From Candidatus Heimdallarchaeota archaeon (GTDB lineage Archaea; Asgardarchaeota; Heimdallarchaeia; Hodarchaeales; Hodarchaeaceae): a stretch of 64,000 nucleotides of DNA. Positions 19,284-29,832 of the stretch are shown here, in pieces (position 1 is the first letter of the stretch; every line of letters starts with the position of its first letter). The notes beneath the pieces are model-generated. The model was not told the origin of the DNA and did no database searches. It saw only the letters and a list, made by a program, of their open reading frames with translations. Position numbers and translations under genes: made by a program. The stretch is taken from assembly GCA_020353515.1 (NCBI GenBank), contig CP070695.1:2180292-2244291 (forward strand). The letters run 5' to 3'.

Positions 19284-22244
19284 CTATCTTGATACCACTT
19301 CAATTCCTAAATTTATCATGTCTCCATCGATTAGAAAAGGTTTATTATTCTCTAAAGGCTTAGAAGATATTTCAAGAGCCAAAGTTTCTATCTTTACATA
19401 TTCCTCATGCAGTTCTAAACTTTTAGAAAGATCTAATGAATTTGTTTCGTATACAACTCTTATTTTCGCGTCTAATTCGAGATCCGCCTCTTTACGTAAG
19501 CGTTGTATTACCCTGACTAACTCTCGAGCCAAACCCTCTCGTTTTAACCCAGAGCTTATCTCTGTTACAAGGGTTAAGGTTAAAGGGTATTCATTTGAGG
19601 ACTGTGAGAGATATTGTTGATCCAAAACTAGTTCATTCGAGAAATCTTTGACAAATTTAAGCTCTTTTACATTTAATTCATGCTTAAGATATTCAAGTAA
19701 TTGTGTCTTAAATTTACTAGTGGTAAAAGGGTGATCTCCTGATACTATAGCCAGTGGTAATGGTTGCCTTAATTTAATTTGAGTTTCATTCCTTAATGAC
19801 CTACCAATCTCAATTAAATTTTGGTACTTTGCGAAAGATTCTACTACATTCTCAAAATTACTTAGGACTTCTTTTGATGGAAGAGAACATAGGTGGACGC
19901 TTTCTGGCAGCTGCTTGTCAAGCGGACGGTGAAGAAGCTGAAAGATGTGTTCAGATAAGAAAGGCATGAAAGGGGCTAAGAGATAGCTTATAGTGAGTAA
20001 AACTTGATATAAAGTCGAATAAGCTGGATTTTTATCATTAGTTAGATCTTTTTCTTTCCAGAATCTTCTTCGTGAACCCCTGATATACCAATTAGTAAGA
20101 TCGTTGAAGAATTCCTCAAGTAGAAGAGTAAATCTTCTACAATCCCAATTTGTTAAACTTTCATGATATTGATTTACTAAATACTGTAATTTAGCCAATA
20201 TCCAGAGATCAAAGATATTATTAGACGATTGGGAGAGCTGTGAGGCATTAGTAATATCTAAGGCAGCAAAATTAAGGAAAAATCTAACTGCGTTCCAGAA
20301 AGGTAAAAACTTACGACGAACCTCATTAGTGACTGTGAAGCCAAAGCGAAGTAAGTTTTCAGATTTTTGAGTTGCATAATTCCACCTCATGACATCAGCG
20401 CCCATTTCCCGAAGAGCATAATCAAAATCTATTGCATTCCCAGAAGATTTGTGCATTGGTGACCCGTCTTCACTCCTAACTTCTTCATATACTACTATTA
20501 CACGAAATGGAGCTCTTCCTACCAATGTAACTGACATAAATAGCTGTGAATAAAACCAAAGTCTGACTTGTTCGACCATTTCACATACCATGTCTGCAGG
20601 AAACCATTTTTTCCATTCTTCACGGTTATTACAATAATTTAGAGTGGAAAAAGGAACAATCCCCGCATCTAACCAGCAATCACCAACTTCAAGAACACGT
20701 TCGACATTATTATTGCACTTGGGACACTTGATTTTAACATCATCAATCCATGGCCGATGGAGTTCGGGTAAATTTTCAACTTTGCTAGGAGCTTCTGCCA
20801 ATGTTCTTAATTCGTTAAGACTTCCAACCACAGTTAATTCTCCACAACTGCAAGGATAAAATGGCAATGGTAAACCCCAGTAACGCTTCCTAGAAATACA
20901 CCAATCGGCCATATTTTCTAACCAATCATGCATTCGCTTTCCAGCATGATTTGGTACCCAGAGAACTTCTTTATTGGCTTTTTGAAGCAAGGGTCGGATC
21001 TCATCACATGATATAAACCATTCTTTTTCTAATTTATACACAAGCTCAGTTTTACATCGCCAACATACAGGATAGCGATGCCTGATGTTTTCGATTTTAA
21101 ACAAAAATTCTTTTTCTGAAAGGCTTTCAAAAATGGGATGGACTACTTCGTTTGTATTCAATCCGCTTAGAGAGCCTAATCCTTCAACAAGGTGTCCTCT
21201 CTCGTCGATCGGAGCAACAACATTAAGTTTGTATTGTTTTCCTAATTCAAAGTCTTCTGCACCACATCCAGGAGCTATATGGACTATTCCTGTTCCTTCA
21301 TCGGAAGATACATCTTCCCATGGGATAATTTTATATTGAACATCCTTTTGTAGTGAGAGCTCGGTGAAAGGAGCTTTGTATTTGAATTTTAAGAGTTCTT
21401 TTCCTTGAAAAGTATCTAATAATGTATATTCATCACCTAGAATGCTAGTGGCATCTTCTGCAAGATAAAATTCTTTATTTTTTATTTTGACAAGTACATA
21501 GGCCAACTCTGGATGAACAGCTAAACCAGTATTTGCTGTTAATGTCCAAGGAGTCGTAGTCCAAACTAGAAAGTAACGATTAGGGGTTCCTAGAACTGGG
21601 AGTTGCAAGAACACTGAAGGATGCTCCACAATTCTATAAGAGTCTGCCATTTCGTGAGCAGAAAGACTGGTACTACAACGAGGACACCATGGCATCACAA
21701 GACGAGATTGATAGAGCCAACTCTTCTCATTACAAGTCTTTAAAAAATACCAAATATGTTCTATATTTTGATCTGTGTGCGTATAGTAACTGTTATCCCA
21801 GTCCATTTGCTGACCAAGCTGTTTTGATTGTTGAGTGATGATATCTGCGTATTTACTTATTCGTGCTTTGCATTTGTTCATAAATGCTTCAAGGCCCATA
21901 TCAAGAATATCATTCTTAGAATTAAGCCCTAAGGACTTCTCTACCTCAACTTCAACCCATAGTCCTTGGGTATCAAATCCATTTTGAAATCGCTGATTGT
22001 ATCCACGCATGGCCCAATACCGTTGATAAATATCTTTTAATGTCCGACCGCGTGCAGTATGTACCCCCATAGGATTATTTGCTGTGATTGGACCATCGAT
22101 AAAAGAGAACTGTGTTTTGGACATCTGGAGTTGTTTACGTAATTTTTGGAAGATTTCTCTTTCTTCCCAAAACTGAAGCATTGTTTTCTCGACATCAGAC
22201 CAATTAAGTTCTGATGCTACTGGAGTAAATAGAGGTTTAGTCAT
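19284..22244 (-). CDS. ileS: Isoleucine--tRNA ligase (type 2)
   Basis: DGPITAN, GFDTQGL, WTTTPWTL, GTGIVHIAP, DWCISRKRYWG, MHKS (KMSKS), WYIRGSRRRFW, LRQPL. Confidence 0.95.
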   Translation of the reverse strand: MTKPLFTPVASELNWSDVEKTMLQFWEEREIFQKLRKQLQMSKTQFSFIDGPITANNPMGVHTARGRTLKDIYQRYWAMRGYNQRFQNGFDTQGLWVEVEVEKSLGLNSKNDILDMGLEAFMNKCKARISKYADIITQQSKQLGQQMDWDNSYYTHTDQNIEHIWYFLKTCNEKSWLYQSRLVMPWCPRCSTSLSAHEMADSYRIVEHPSVFLQLPVLGTPNRYFLVWTTTPWTLTANTGLAVHPELAYVLVKIKNKEFYLAEDATSILGDEYTLLDTFQGKELLKFKYKAPFTELSLQKDVQYKIIPWEDVSSDEGTGIVHIAPGCGAEDFELGKQYKLNVVAPIDERGHLVEGLGSLSGLNTNEVVHPIFESLSEKEFLFKIENIRHRYPVCWRCKTELVYKLEKEWFISCDEIRPLLQKANKEVLWVPNHAGKRMHDWLENMADWCISRKRYWGLPLPFYPCSCGELTVVGSLNELRTLAEAPSKVENLPELHRPWIDDVKIKCPKCNNNVERVLEVGDCWLDAGIVPFSTLNYCNNREEWKKWFPADMVCEMVEQVRLWFYSQLFMSVTLVGRAPFRVIVVYEEVRSEDGSPMHKSSGNAIDFDYALREMGADVMRWNYATQKSENLLRFGFTVTNEVRRKFLPFWNAVRFFLNFAALDITNASQLSQSSNNIFDLWILAKLQYLVNQYHESLTNWDCRRFTLLLEEFFNDLTNWYIRGSRRRFWKEKDLTNDKNPAYSTLYQVLLTISYLLAPFMPFLSEHIFQLLHRPLDKQLPESVHLCSLPSKEVLSNFENVVESFAKYQNLIEIGRSLRNETQIKLRQPLPLAIVSGDHPFTTSKFKTQLLEYLKHELNVKELKFVKDFSNELVLDQQYLSQSSNEYPLTLTLVTEISSGLKREGLARELVRVIQRLRKEADLELDAKIRVVYETNSLDLSKSLELHEEYVKIETLALEISSKPLENNKPFLIDGDMINLGIEVVSR

Positions 22245-22747
22245 CAGACCTCTTCCTCCGACTCTGTGCTTTTAACTCAACGTAAGGAAGTATTTTTACT
22301 AACTCAAAAAGAGTATGTTGAGTCCATTTGTGTGTTTTTAAATTTTCATTGCCTGGTTTTCTTTTTTTAATGAATTTCGTTATCCATCCTAATATCTCCT
22401 CTTATAACTTTTCATCTCTTCATGATTAGAAAAATCATTTTTCCTAGAATAAAGAGAAGGAGTAAGAATCAGAGAAATGGAGTCTAATATCCAGTGATAA
22501 TTAAAAAGTAGGTGATTAAGGAATTTCGTGATCCCACATGGACATTTACTCCAAGAAATCCCTCTGTGTTTTGGCATTTAAACTTTTCTATGTTGGCTAT
22601 TCTGACATAAAATATATCAAACTAACTATTCCCACCATTATGATCATAAATCGAGATTAACTTCAATACATTATTTCTTGTTAAACGCAAAGTATTAATT
22701 GTATCAGTGGTTAGTAGGAATTTATTTCGATTTGAGTTGAAGAACAC

Positions 22748-23920
22748 GTGAATACAACTCATAATTTTCGCCAAGGACGTTTCTACCTTCTTACTGTAGA
22801 TATTTTGAAAGGAATAGCTATCTTTCCCATGATTTTTTCACATAGTGTTGGTTGGTGGGATCAGAACTTGTCGAAAAGCTATGACAGTTTAGGGAGTTTT
22901 ACGATAATCATTATTTGGTTCACAGGGTTAATGGCGTTTCCTTGTTTTCTTTTCCTCTATGGTTTCAACCAAGTTAATTCATTTCTGAGAAAAAAAAGAG
23001 ATAATGTGAGCCCGAATGATATTAGATCACATGCTATAAAACGGAGTACTATATTTTTCTTATTTGCATCTCTAGCTCTAGCGATAATGTCCATAATTCA
23101 AGCTCCAGAAAAAATTTTCAATTACTTACTCACATGGCACCTATTACATCTTTTTGCATTCTCCACGCTCTTCCTTCTCATCTTATGGGAACTTACATCA
23201 TATTTTGAAAAGAAATTAGGTCCCTCTTGGAGTTTTCAGCAAGTCTACACCATCCTCTTATTAGTAAGTTTCTTTTTAGTAATTACTCTTTTCATTTTTT
23301 TCCATGATTATACCGTTGCCAGAGAAAATTCAAGATTATTTCCAGTTACTCTTGAAATCCAAGTTATATTTGAAAATGTTTTACTTGATGTTTCCTCATG
23401 TGGTTTGATTCCATGGCTCTCTTTCCCATTAGCCGGTGGTATTACTGCATCACTATTCAATTTACCTTTATTCTCTAAGAGTAACATCCTACAAAAATCA
23501 AAATTATTATTATTTGTTAATTCCTTATTTCTAATCATTGGAATACTGTTTTTAAGGGTAGAGCGGTTTATTTCAGCAGGTTTGGGTTATGCTTCAACTT
23601 TTCCGCATGTGTTTATTTCGATTGGATTTATCGGTGTTATTTTTGTCATCCTCATTCTAACACTTGATCTCTTTCAAAATATTCCTCAAAAAACTAGTTT
23701 CAGATTATTTTACCCTATTATCGTCGTCAGTAAAATTTCTCTTACGGTTTATTTAGTTCATCCCGTAGTAGCTATCTTCAATCCAACATTCATCCCCTCA
23801 GAGTCGGTGTTATTACTACTAATATCTTTATACAGCCTATTCTTTATAATACTAGCTCATTTCTGGAAAAAATGGGATTTCAAATATAGTTTTGAGTGGA
23901 TAGTACGGAAATACTCCTGA
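22748..23920 (+). CDS. Membrane acyltransferase-like protein (DUF1624/HGSNAT-like)
   Basis: VDILKGIAIFPMIFSH, FLFLYG, IPWL, SLTVYLVH, FEWIVR; many TM segments. Confidence 0.7.
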   Translation: MNTTHNFRQGRFYLLTVDILKGIAIFPMIFSHSVGWWDQNLSKSYDSLGSFTIIIIWFTGLMAFPCFLFLYGFNQVNSFLRKKRDNVSPNDIRSHAIKRSTIFFLFASLALAIMSIIQAPEKIFNYLLTWHLLHLFAFSTLFLLILWELTSYFEKKLGPSWSFQQVYTILLLVSFFLVITLFIFFHDYTVARENSRLFPVTLEIQVIFENVLLDVSSCGLIPWLSFPLAGGITASLFNLPLFSKSNILQKSKLLLFVNSLFLIIGILFLRVERFISAGLGYASTFPHVFISIGFIGVIFVILILTLDLFQNIPQKTSFRLFYPIIVVSKISLTVYLVHPVVAIFNPTFIPSESVLLLLISLYSLFFIILAHFWKKWDFKYSFEWIVRKYS

Positions 23921-24014
23921 AAGCTAAAGATCCAGAAATCAAAGACATTCCTATAAGAGACACTGAAAAGTCAGAAGAAGAGGGATGAATCGTTAATTAG
24001 ATGGAAGGTTTTAA

Positions 24015-24635
24015 TTACATTAAATCTGATTTCAACATAAAATCCCTAAATAAAATAAGGAAAATAATCATTAAAACATTGATGACTGAAATAAGAACTA
24101 GAATCTCATTAAAGTAAGTAGATGTAGGATGATATGGGTCGTTATACAGAAATAAAGTTGGAAATTCTGAAACTGGACTGAAAAAATCAAAAAACCAATC
24201 AATAGAGTGAATTCCAGTTGTAATCATGATCTCTAGAGGTGATGGATAAAGGAAGGGGAGTAAAAAAAATGCTTCGATTAAAAGACCTAAATATCCTGCA
24301 AGAGAAATAATGTCAAAATGGAAATTACCAAGAATAAAGATCAGATATGAGGCTGTAATCACTTTTATAATCCCAATAAATACTACTGCATTTACCACTT
24401 GATTATTACGACGAATTATCAGGGTTATGAAGAGAAAAATTGCAAATAGAATTCCAAATGTAGCACAATCTGGGATAAAAACCCATAAATAGAAGGGATA
24501 ATAATCATACTGCCAGTTATAAAGATATGCTGTATATAATGAGACGAGTACATTAATTGTAATCCATAGATATACAATAACGGGGTGTAATGATAAGAAC
24601 TTCTTGTGTGTCTCTTCTAGCACCTCTTTTAACAT
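24015..24635 (-). CDS. DUF1405-like membrane protein
   Basis: YNWQ...PFYLWVFIPDC motif, DWFFDFF, multiple TM segments. Confidence 0.65.
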   Translation of the reverse strand: MLKEVLEETHKKFLSLHPVIVYLWITINVLVSLYTAYLYNWQYDYYPFYLWVFIPDCATFGILFAIFLFITLIIRRNNQVVNAVVFIGIIKVITASYLIFILGNFHFDIISLAGYLGLLIEAFFLLPFLYPSPLEIMITTGIHSIDWFFDFFSPVSEFPTLFLYNDPYHPTSTYFNEILVLISVINVLMIIFLILFRDFMLKSDLM

Positions 24636-24796
24636 TAATTTAGCACACCCAGTCCTTTCTATCTATTAAAAATATCCGTAAGACTTGTAAAAAAGTCATA
24701 ACAACATCGTTTTAATTATCCTTAGAGTTTAATGACTCAACCAACTTCCTAAAAAGGTATTTAGGAATGATTATTTTGTTATTCTATGGACGCTAG

Positions 24797-25348
24797 TTGC
24801 CTTCTGATGAGATACCCATGACAAGAAATGATACAAAAAACTCGGAGTCAGATTCAGCAAATCAAGTTAATCAAAAGAGCGATCGTATCAAGTTGGATGC
24901 TAATGCGTTAACCCGAATGTGGATAAAAATAGAAAAAGAAATTAGGGAGGCTCATCCACACAAATCTTTGAGATCTAGAGAGGAATTCTTGAAAAGAAGA
25001 CTTATAATTCGACCAGGATTCCCAAGTCCTGAAATATTAGCTCAATGGTGGCAGGAAGCTGAGAGTCAAATTAAGCTAGCTCATCCTCACGAGTCATTCA
25101 AGACCCGTCAAAAGCTAACTGAGAAATATGTTCATTCTCGACTAAGAAAATATCTAGAACATCAATATATAGAACCTCATCCGGAAGAGAAACTAATTTC
25201 TGAATGGTATCGTGAAGAATTGTTAAAATTACGAGAAGAAAGTCCTCATAAACCCTTGAAAGAACGAGAAAGAATAGCTGCTATGGTAGTAGAAGAAAAA
25301 ATAAAACAATATAGAAAAACCATCCGATTAGATGAATTTTTTGACTGA
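24797..25348 (+). CDS. Hypothetical protein with three internal helical repeats (HMG-box/YABBY-like)
   Basis: Repeats W...EIREAHPHKSLRSRE, W...QIKLAHPHESFKTRQ, W...KLREESPHKPLKERE. Confidence 0.7.
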   Translation: MPSDEIPMTRNDTKNSESDSANQVNQKSDRIKLDANALTRMWIKIEKEIREAHPHKSLRSREEFLKRRLIIRPGFPSPEILAQWWQEAESQIKLAHPHESFKTRQKLTEKYVHSRLRKYLEHQYIEPHPEEKLISEWYREELLKLREESPHKPLKERERIAAMVVEEKIKQYRKTIRLDEFFD

Positions 25349-25384
25349 TTCTCAAGTGTAAAATTTGAATAAATGTGACCAATA

Positions 25385-25978
25385 ATGCCTCCAGATATCC
25401 CGAAAGAGTTAGTATGTCGAGAATATTTACAACAACAGATATATGTTGATCCAGACACAATTATTGACCGAATGAACACAGTCAAATTTCATGCACCTGG
25501 ATCAGGGAAAATAATTGATGAAATGCTCAATACATTCTGTACATTCGCTGAGAAATATCAGTTTACAGATGATCCATCACCTTATCTACTATTTATTGAA
25601 GATCTAGCAGACCAATTAGGATTTGAGAGTCAAGATGCTATCGATCATTTTAACAAACGATATCTCGATATGCAAAAGGGGAAAATTTACGATCATTCCA
25701 TTTATTTTATGACAGTTCTAAGCAGTATTATTGAATCTTTCCAAAAAAAGGTAGTAAGTAGGTTATCTTTGAGGTTGAAGAGGAAACTTGCTAAGAGAGG
25801 GAATAAAAATATCAATAAAAAGCTGGAAACATTATTCCAGACCTCGAACTCAACCTTCGGATTATTAGTAAACATCGAAATTTTAAAAGAGATGGGTCGT
25901 CTCATTGGAGTAGAGATGGATCCTATTATGACTGACTCTTTTGAACAAGAATTGATTTCCGTGTTGGAAGGTTTCTGA
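25385..25978 (+). CDS. Hypothetical protein
   Basis: 197-aa ORF co-oriented and tightly packed between 24797..25348 and alaX. Confidence 0.7.
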   Translation: MPPDIPKELVCREYLQQQIYVDPDTIIDRMNTVKFHAPGSGKIIDEMLNTFCTFAEKYQFTDDPSPYLLFIEDLADQLGFESQDAIDHFNKRYLDMQKGKIYDHSIYFMTVLSSIIESFQKKVVSRLSLRLKRKLAKRGNKNINKKLETLFQTSNSTFGLLVNIEILKEMGRLIGVEMDPIMTDSFEQELISVLEGF

Positions 25979-25998
25979 TAACATAGGGACGATCATCT

Positions 25999-26721
25999 AT
26001 GACGGAAAGACTTTACTTGGTAGATTGTTATATTCAAGATTTCGCAGCAATAATCAAAGAAATTCTCCCTACTGGTATAATTCTAGACCGATCTGCTTTC
26101 TATCCAGAGAGTGGAGGTCAACTAGGAGACCAAGGAAAACTTAAAACAGAAAATTTAGAAATCATTGTAAAAAATACTCGACAACAACGAGGAAAACTCA
26201 TACACGAAGTGGAAACCATCGAGGGATTAGAAGTAGGAATAGAAATCAAGGGGGAATTAAATTGGGTTCGTCGATACCAGATGATGCGAGCCCATACAGC
26301 ACAGCATTGTATTAGCCGATTTTTTCAAATCAATTACAGTGCTGAAACAGTTAGTAACAAGCTAAAAACTTCAATCAACAGAATAGACCTCTCTCCTTTG
26401 TCAAAGCTTTCTTTGGAAGAGTTAAATGAAATCGCAGCTCAAATTAATAAGTTAATTTCTAGTAATATGCCAGTATCAATTTCTTTCCTCCCCCGAAAGG
26501 AAGCAATAAACTTTCTCAGAGATAAAGAATATCAAACGCAATATCTCGGCATGGTTCCAAAATCCGTTAAAGAATTCCGAATCATATCTATAAATAATTA
26601 TGATTGGGCTGCATGTGCTGGCACACATGTCCAAAATACATCAGAAATCGGGTATATTACCTTTGAAAAGACAGTAAATAAGGGAAAACTGCGAGAGAGG
26701 ATATATTACTCCGTGAGCTAG
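25999..26721 (+). CDS. alaX: Alanyl-tRNA editing protein AlaX-M
   Basis: FYPESGGQLGDQG; HTAQH and CAGTH zinc-binding editing motifs. Confidence 0.92.
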   Translation: MTERLYLVDCYIQDFAAIIKEILPTGIILDRSAFYPESGGQLGDQGKLKTENLEIIVKNTRQQRGKLIHEVETIEGLEVGIEIKGELNWVRRYQMMRAHTAQHCISRFFQINYSAETVSNKLKTSINRIDLSPLSKLSLEELNEIAAQINKLISSNMPVSISFLPRKEAINFLRDKEYQTQYLGMVPKSVKEFRIISINNYDWAACAGTHVQNTSEIGYITFEKTVNKGKLRERIYYSVS

Positions 26722-26822
26722 ATGAAAACATGTAATAAATTACACTAATAAACTAGTTAATTATTCCCAGAAATCGCTCCAACCTTAAAATTCAGGGATA
26801 TGCTTGTCCTATCTAATAAAGA

Positions 26823-28805
26823 ATGAGTTTGGTTAAATTGCGTACTGAATCAAATGGCCATTTTAATATTGGTTTTAGCTGTCAGCTTTCTAAAGATCAA
26901 ATTTTTCTAGATCCAGACCATGATTGGTTCCGAGAGAACCTCAAACCTTATTACATTGTCACAAAAGATTATCAATATCTCTTCGGCTCAACTCAACCAG
27001 GGAGACGTCCAGACAGGGCTTATTATATGGTTCCAGAGAATTATCGACTTGGTAAAGGACAGAAACCGTTTAATCGTGAACGAGGCAAGAAACTTTTTGA
27101 GGTTGTGCTCCGTTATTTACAAGAGGAGAAAGTACCAGTAATTGTACAACACGGCATTCAAGGTGAACATGGATACGAAGTTGGACTCCGTGTAATCATT
27201 AGTGTCAAAAATATGCATAGTGCTTACATCGGATGGTTTGGTAAACTGATGGTTTTCCCCCCAAAAGAAAATCAAAATATAGATTGTTGGAACTTTGTCG
27301 TTCAAGAAAATTTGCCTTTGAAATATGTAAATGAGATTAGAAAATTCTGGCCAACCTTTGATCCAAATGAACCAATGACACTTTACGATCTTACTGAAAT
27401 TGATCAAAACAGACGACGAGTCTTGAGTTTAAGAGTAGATTATTTTGGTGGGGCTTACAAAAAGCCAAATTTAACTTTAGTTTGGAATAAAGCTGAATCC
27501 GATGGATATGTCTCCTATCATGCTGGAATGACTTCAGATAGAGTCATAAAAGGACTTTCAGGAACAGGTAAGACAACATTAACGGTGGGTCCTGATTTAG
27601 AACAGGACGATGCTTGCGTGGGTAAATTAATTCGAGACCCTGATACGAATAAAATTAAAAAAGTGCAATTAATTGGTCTAGAAGCGGCTTCATATGCTAA
27701 ATCTCAAGATCTCGGTTCTAAAAGCCCCGAATGGCCCGGACTTATGAAATCCCGTGAAATTGACCAGAAAGGCAACAGGCCAGTTGTACTTGCTCAAAAT
27801 ATAGATTGTCAAAATGTTGAATATCAATTCAAGAAGATAAATGGTTATACAGTGAAAGTTCCAGTGGTCAAACCGGGAGCAGAAATTGGTTCATTGTCTT
27901 GTACTCGCTATCATAGTTCAGGAACCACAAACGGTCGTTTTATCTTCCTCTTCTCTGAATTAAATAAAGATTGGGGAAAAAATGAGACCCCGAGGTATCT
28001 AAAAACCATTGTTCTTTCGATGAAACGATTTGATCTTCTCGATCCGATGTTTCGTGTTACAGATCCCATATTAGCCACAGCTCTCGATTCATCAGTAGAA
28101 TCCATTATTACGTCCGCTATAGCTGAACAGAAACCTGGAACACGTGTTCGTTCTTATTCTGCAACCGATTTCATGGCACGAGAGCACTGTCATCAGGCTT
28201 TATTAAAATTAGAAATGTATAAAGATCTCAGATTAGGTCTTGATGGGAAATTAATATTTTTGGTAACGAATGCAGGCACAATCGGCGAACACGACATTAA
28301 TGGAAACCAAATTCGCGTCAAAGATGGGAAAGGAGAACCCAAACCTAAAATTGATCGACATACTGGTAGAATTTTGAAGAATGAATTAGGGGAAATTCTA
28401 TATCAAGGTCAAGGTGAAAAAATCACTGTTCAAGATACTAAGAGGTTATTGGATCTCGGTGAACACCGAAAAATTACAAATTGGATTCCTCACCCTGTAT
28501 ATGGAGATAGTATCTTGCTGCCTGACCCGAAAGAGTTGGAATCGAAATGGGGAATGAAAGATTTTGGTGTCCGCTTTAATCGCTTAAAATATTATACTGT
28601 AGGACAGTTTATCGATTTCACACTACGAGACATCAAAGAAAGAACACAATTTCTCGAGAATTTATTTAAAGGGCAAGAGTGTGAGAAGGAATTATATGAT
28701 GTAATTCATGTATGGCAAAAATATAGAATACCTGATCCTAAAACAATTGAAGATTATTATCGGAAATATTATTCTGGGTTTGGTAAATACTATTCTGATT
28801 TTTGA
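26823..28805 (+). CDS. pckA: Phosphoenolpyruvate carboxykinase (ATP)-like, divergent
   Basis: YFGGAYKK, H, GLSGTGKTTLT kinase-1a, QDD, EAASYAK, TTNGR. Confidence 0.75.
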   Translation: MSLVKLRTESNGHFNIGFSCQLSKDQIFLDPDHDWFRENLKPYYIVTKDYQYLFGSTQPGRRPDRAYYMVPENYRLGKGQKPFNRERGKKLFEVVLRYLQEEKVPVIVQHGIQGEHGYEVGLRVIISVKNMHSAYIGWFGKLMVFPPKENQNIDCWNFVVQENLPLKYVNEIRKFWPTFDPNEPMTLYDLTEIDQNRRRVLSLRVDYFGGAYKKPNLTLVWNKAESDGYVSYHAGMTSDRVIKGLSGTGKTTLTVGPDLEQDDACVGKLIRDPDTNKIKKVQLIGLEAASYAKSQDLGSKSPEWPGLMKSREIDQKGNRPVVLAQNIDCQNVEYQFKKINGYTVKVPVVKPGAEIGSLSCTRYHSSGTTNGRFIFLFSELNKDWGKNETPRYLKTIVLSMKRFDLLDPMFRVTDPILATALDSSVESIITSAIAEQKPGTRVRSYSATDFMAREHCHQALLKLEMYKDLRLGLDGKLIFLVTNAGTIGEHDINGNQIRVKDGKGEPKPKIDRHTGRILKNELGEILYQGQGEKITVQDTKRLLDLGEHRKITNWIPHPVYGDSILLPDPKELESKWGMKDFGVRFNRLKYYTVGQFIDFTLRDIKERTQFLENLFKGQECEKELYDVIHVWQKYRIPDPKTIEDYYRKYYSGFGKYYSDF

Positions 28806-28823
28806 GGTTTATTTTGAATTCGA

Positions 28824-29546
28824 TTATGACGGCATTTCTACATCAGGGGATACAATAATTCCCTGATTAGTTATTGAAAATGGAAATATGCCCCGTTTGT
28901 GGTTGACTCCTCTCATTTTGATGATTTCTATTCCTCGTTGTCGTTTAGCTCCTGATCGTTCGTTATAAAGTCGAATGATTCCTGCCGCAAGAAATTCTTC
29001 TACACTATACACATCTTCCCCTTGGGTTTCCGCAATTGCTAGGGAAGTGACACCAAAGCGTCGGATCACATCAAAGAATCGAAACATATTATACCGAATT
29101 TCTCGGATATCGTCAAAAAGTAAGGAAATTATTGTTAAAGGATCAATAACTAATCTTTTAGCATTAATAGAATCAATTGCTTCTTTCAACCTCTTTGTTA
29201 AAGCAGGAAGATCTAATTTATATTGTTGTAAAGCTAGTTGTCCATCACCCAAAGCACGACCATATGATAAGTCTAACAAAAGAAATTGCTTTTCTGCCTC
29301 ATATTTTTGTAGGTCATAACCAAATGCTAATTGAGTCAGAAATAGCTCTTTCTTAGATTCATTGAATGAACAAAATATCCCTGGTTCGTTATATTCTTTT
29401 ATCCCTTGAACAAGGAATCCAACTGAAAGACATGTTTTACCAGCACCAGGCTCACCTGATAAAATCGTGGACCAACCAACTGGTATTCCTCCACCAAGTA
29501 ACTGATCGAGACCTACAATCCCAGTTTTAGTTAAAGGTAGTTCCAT
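28824..29546 (-). CDS. KaiC/RAD55-family ATPase (single domain)
   Basis: TGIVGLDQLLGGGIP, GEPGAGKT, LVIDP, IIKMRG. Confidence 0.9.
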   Translation of the reverse strand: MELPLTKTGIVGLDQLLGGGIPVGWSTILSGEPGAGKTCLSVGFLVQGIKEYNEPGIFCSFNESKKELFLTQLAFGYDLQKYEAEKQFLLLDLSYGRALGDGQLALQQYKLDLPALTKRLKEAIDSINAKRLVIDPLTIISLLFDDIREIRYNMFRFFDVIRRFGVTSLAIAETQGEDVYSVEEFLAAGIIRLYNERSGAKRQRGIEIIKMRGVNHKRGIFPFSITNQGIIVSPDVEMPS

Positions 29547-29832
29547 TAATTCACTTCCTTTACTTTCAATAAACTTATGATATTATTATGTAATCGATTT
29601 TTGTACATTATTGATATATTATTAGTTATTTCTTTTAAAAATGGTTCCCTTTCTTCTATATTGTCTGACATTCTGTGCCCTATTTACTCATTAAGGCTTT
29701 AATCTTCTTCTTTTTCATCAAAACTTCATCATCGCAAAGAGGGTGAAAATACTTATCTTTAAAACTTACTAAATTGAAGTATATCCACTCCACAATCCAA
29801 GGAATTTTGGTTGTATCCTCTCATTCTTCTTT

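Noticed and set aside
22389-22577. 62-aa ORF in the ileS intergenic region
   Set aside because: No motif or SD support; cannot be distinguished from chance.
26731-26744. TGTAAT-AA-ATTACA palindrome upstream of pckA (and CATTCA-AAAA-TGAATG at 58607-58622)
   Set aside because: 6-bp AT-rich inverted repeats are expected by chance in this composition.
28824-29546. Circadian clock (KaiC) system
   Set aside because: Single-domain KaiC-like ATPases are common in archaea, and no KaiA/KaiB is present.
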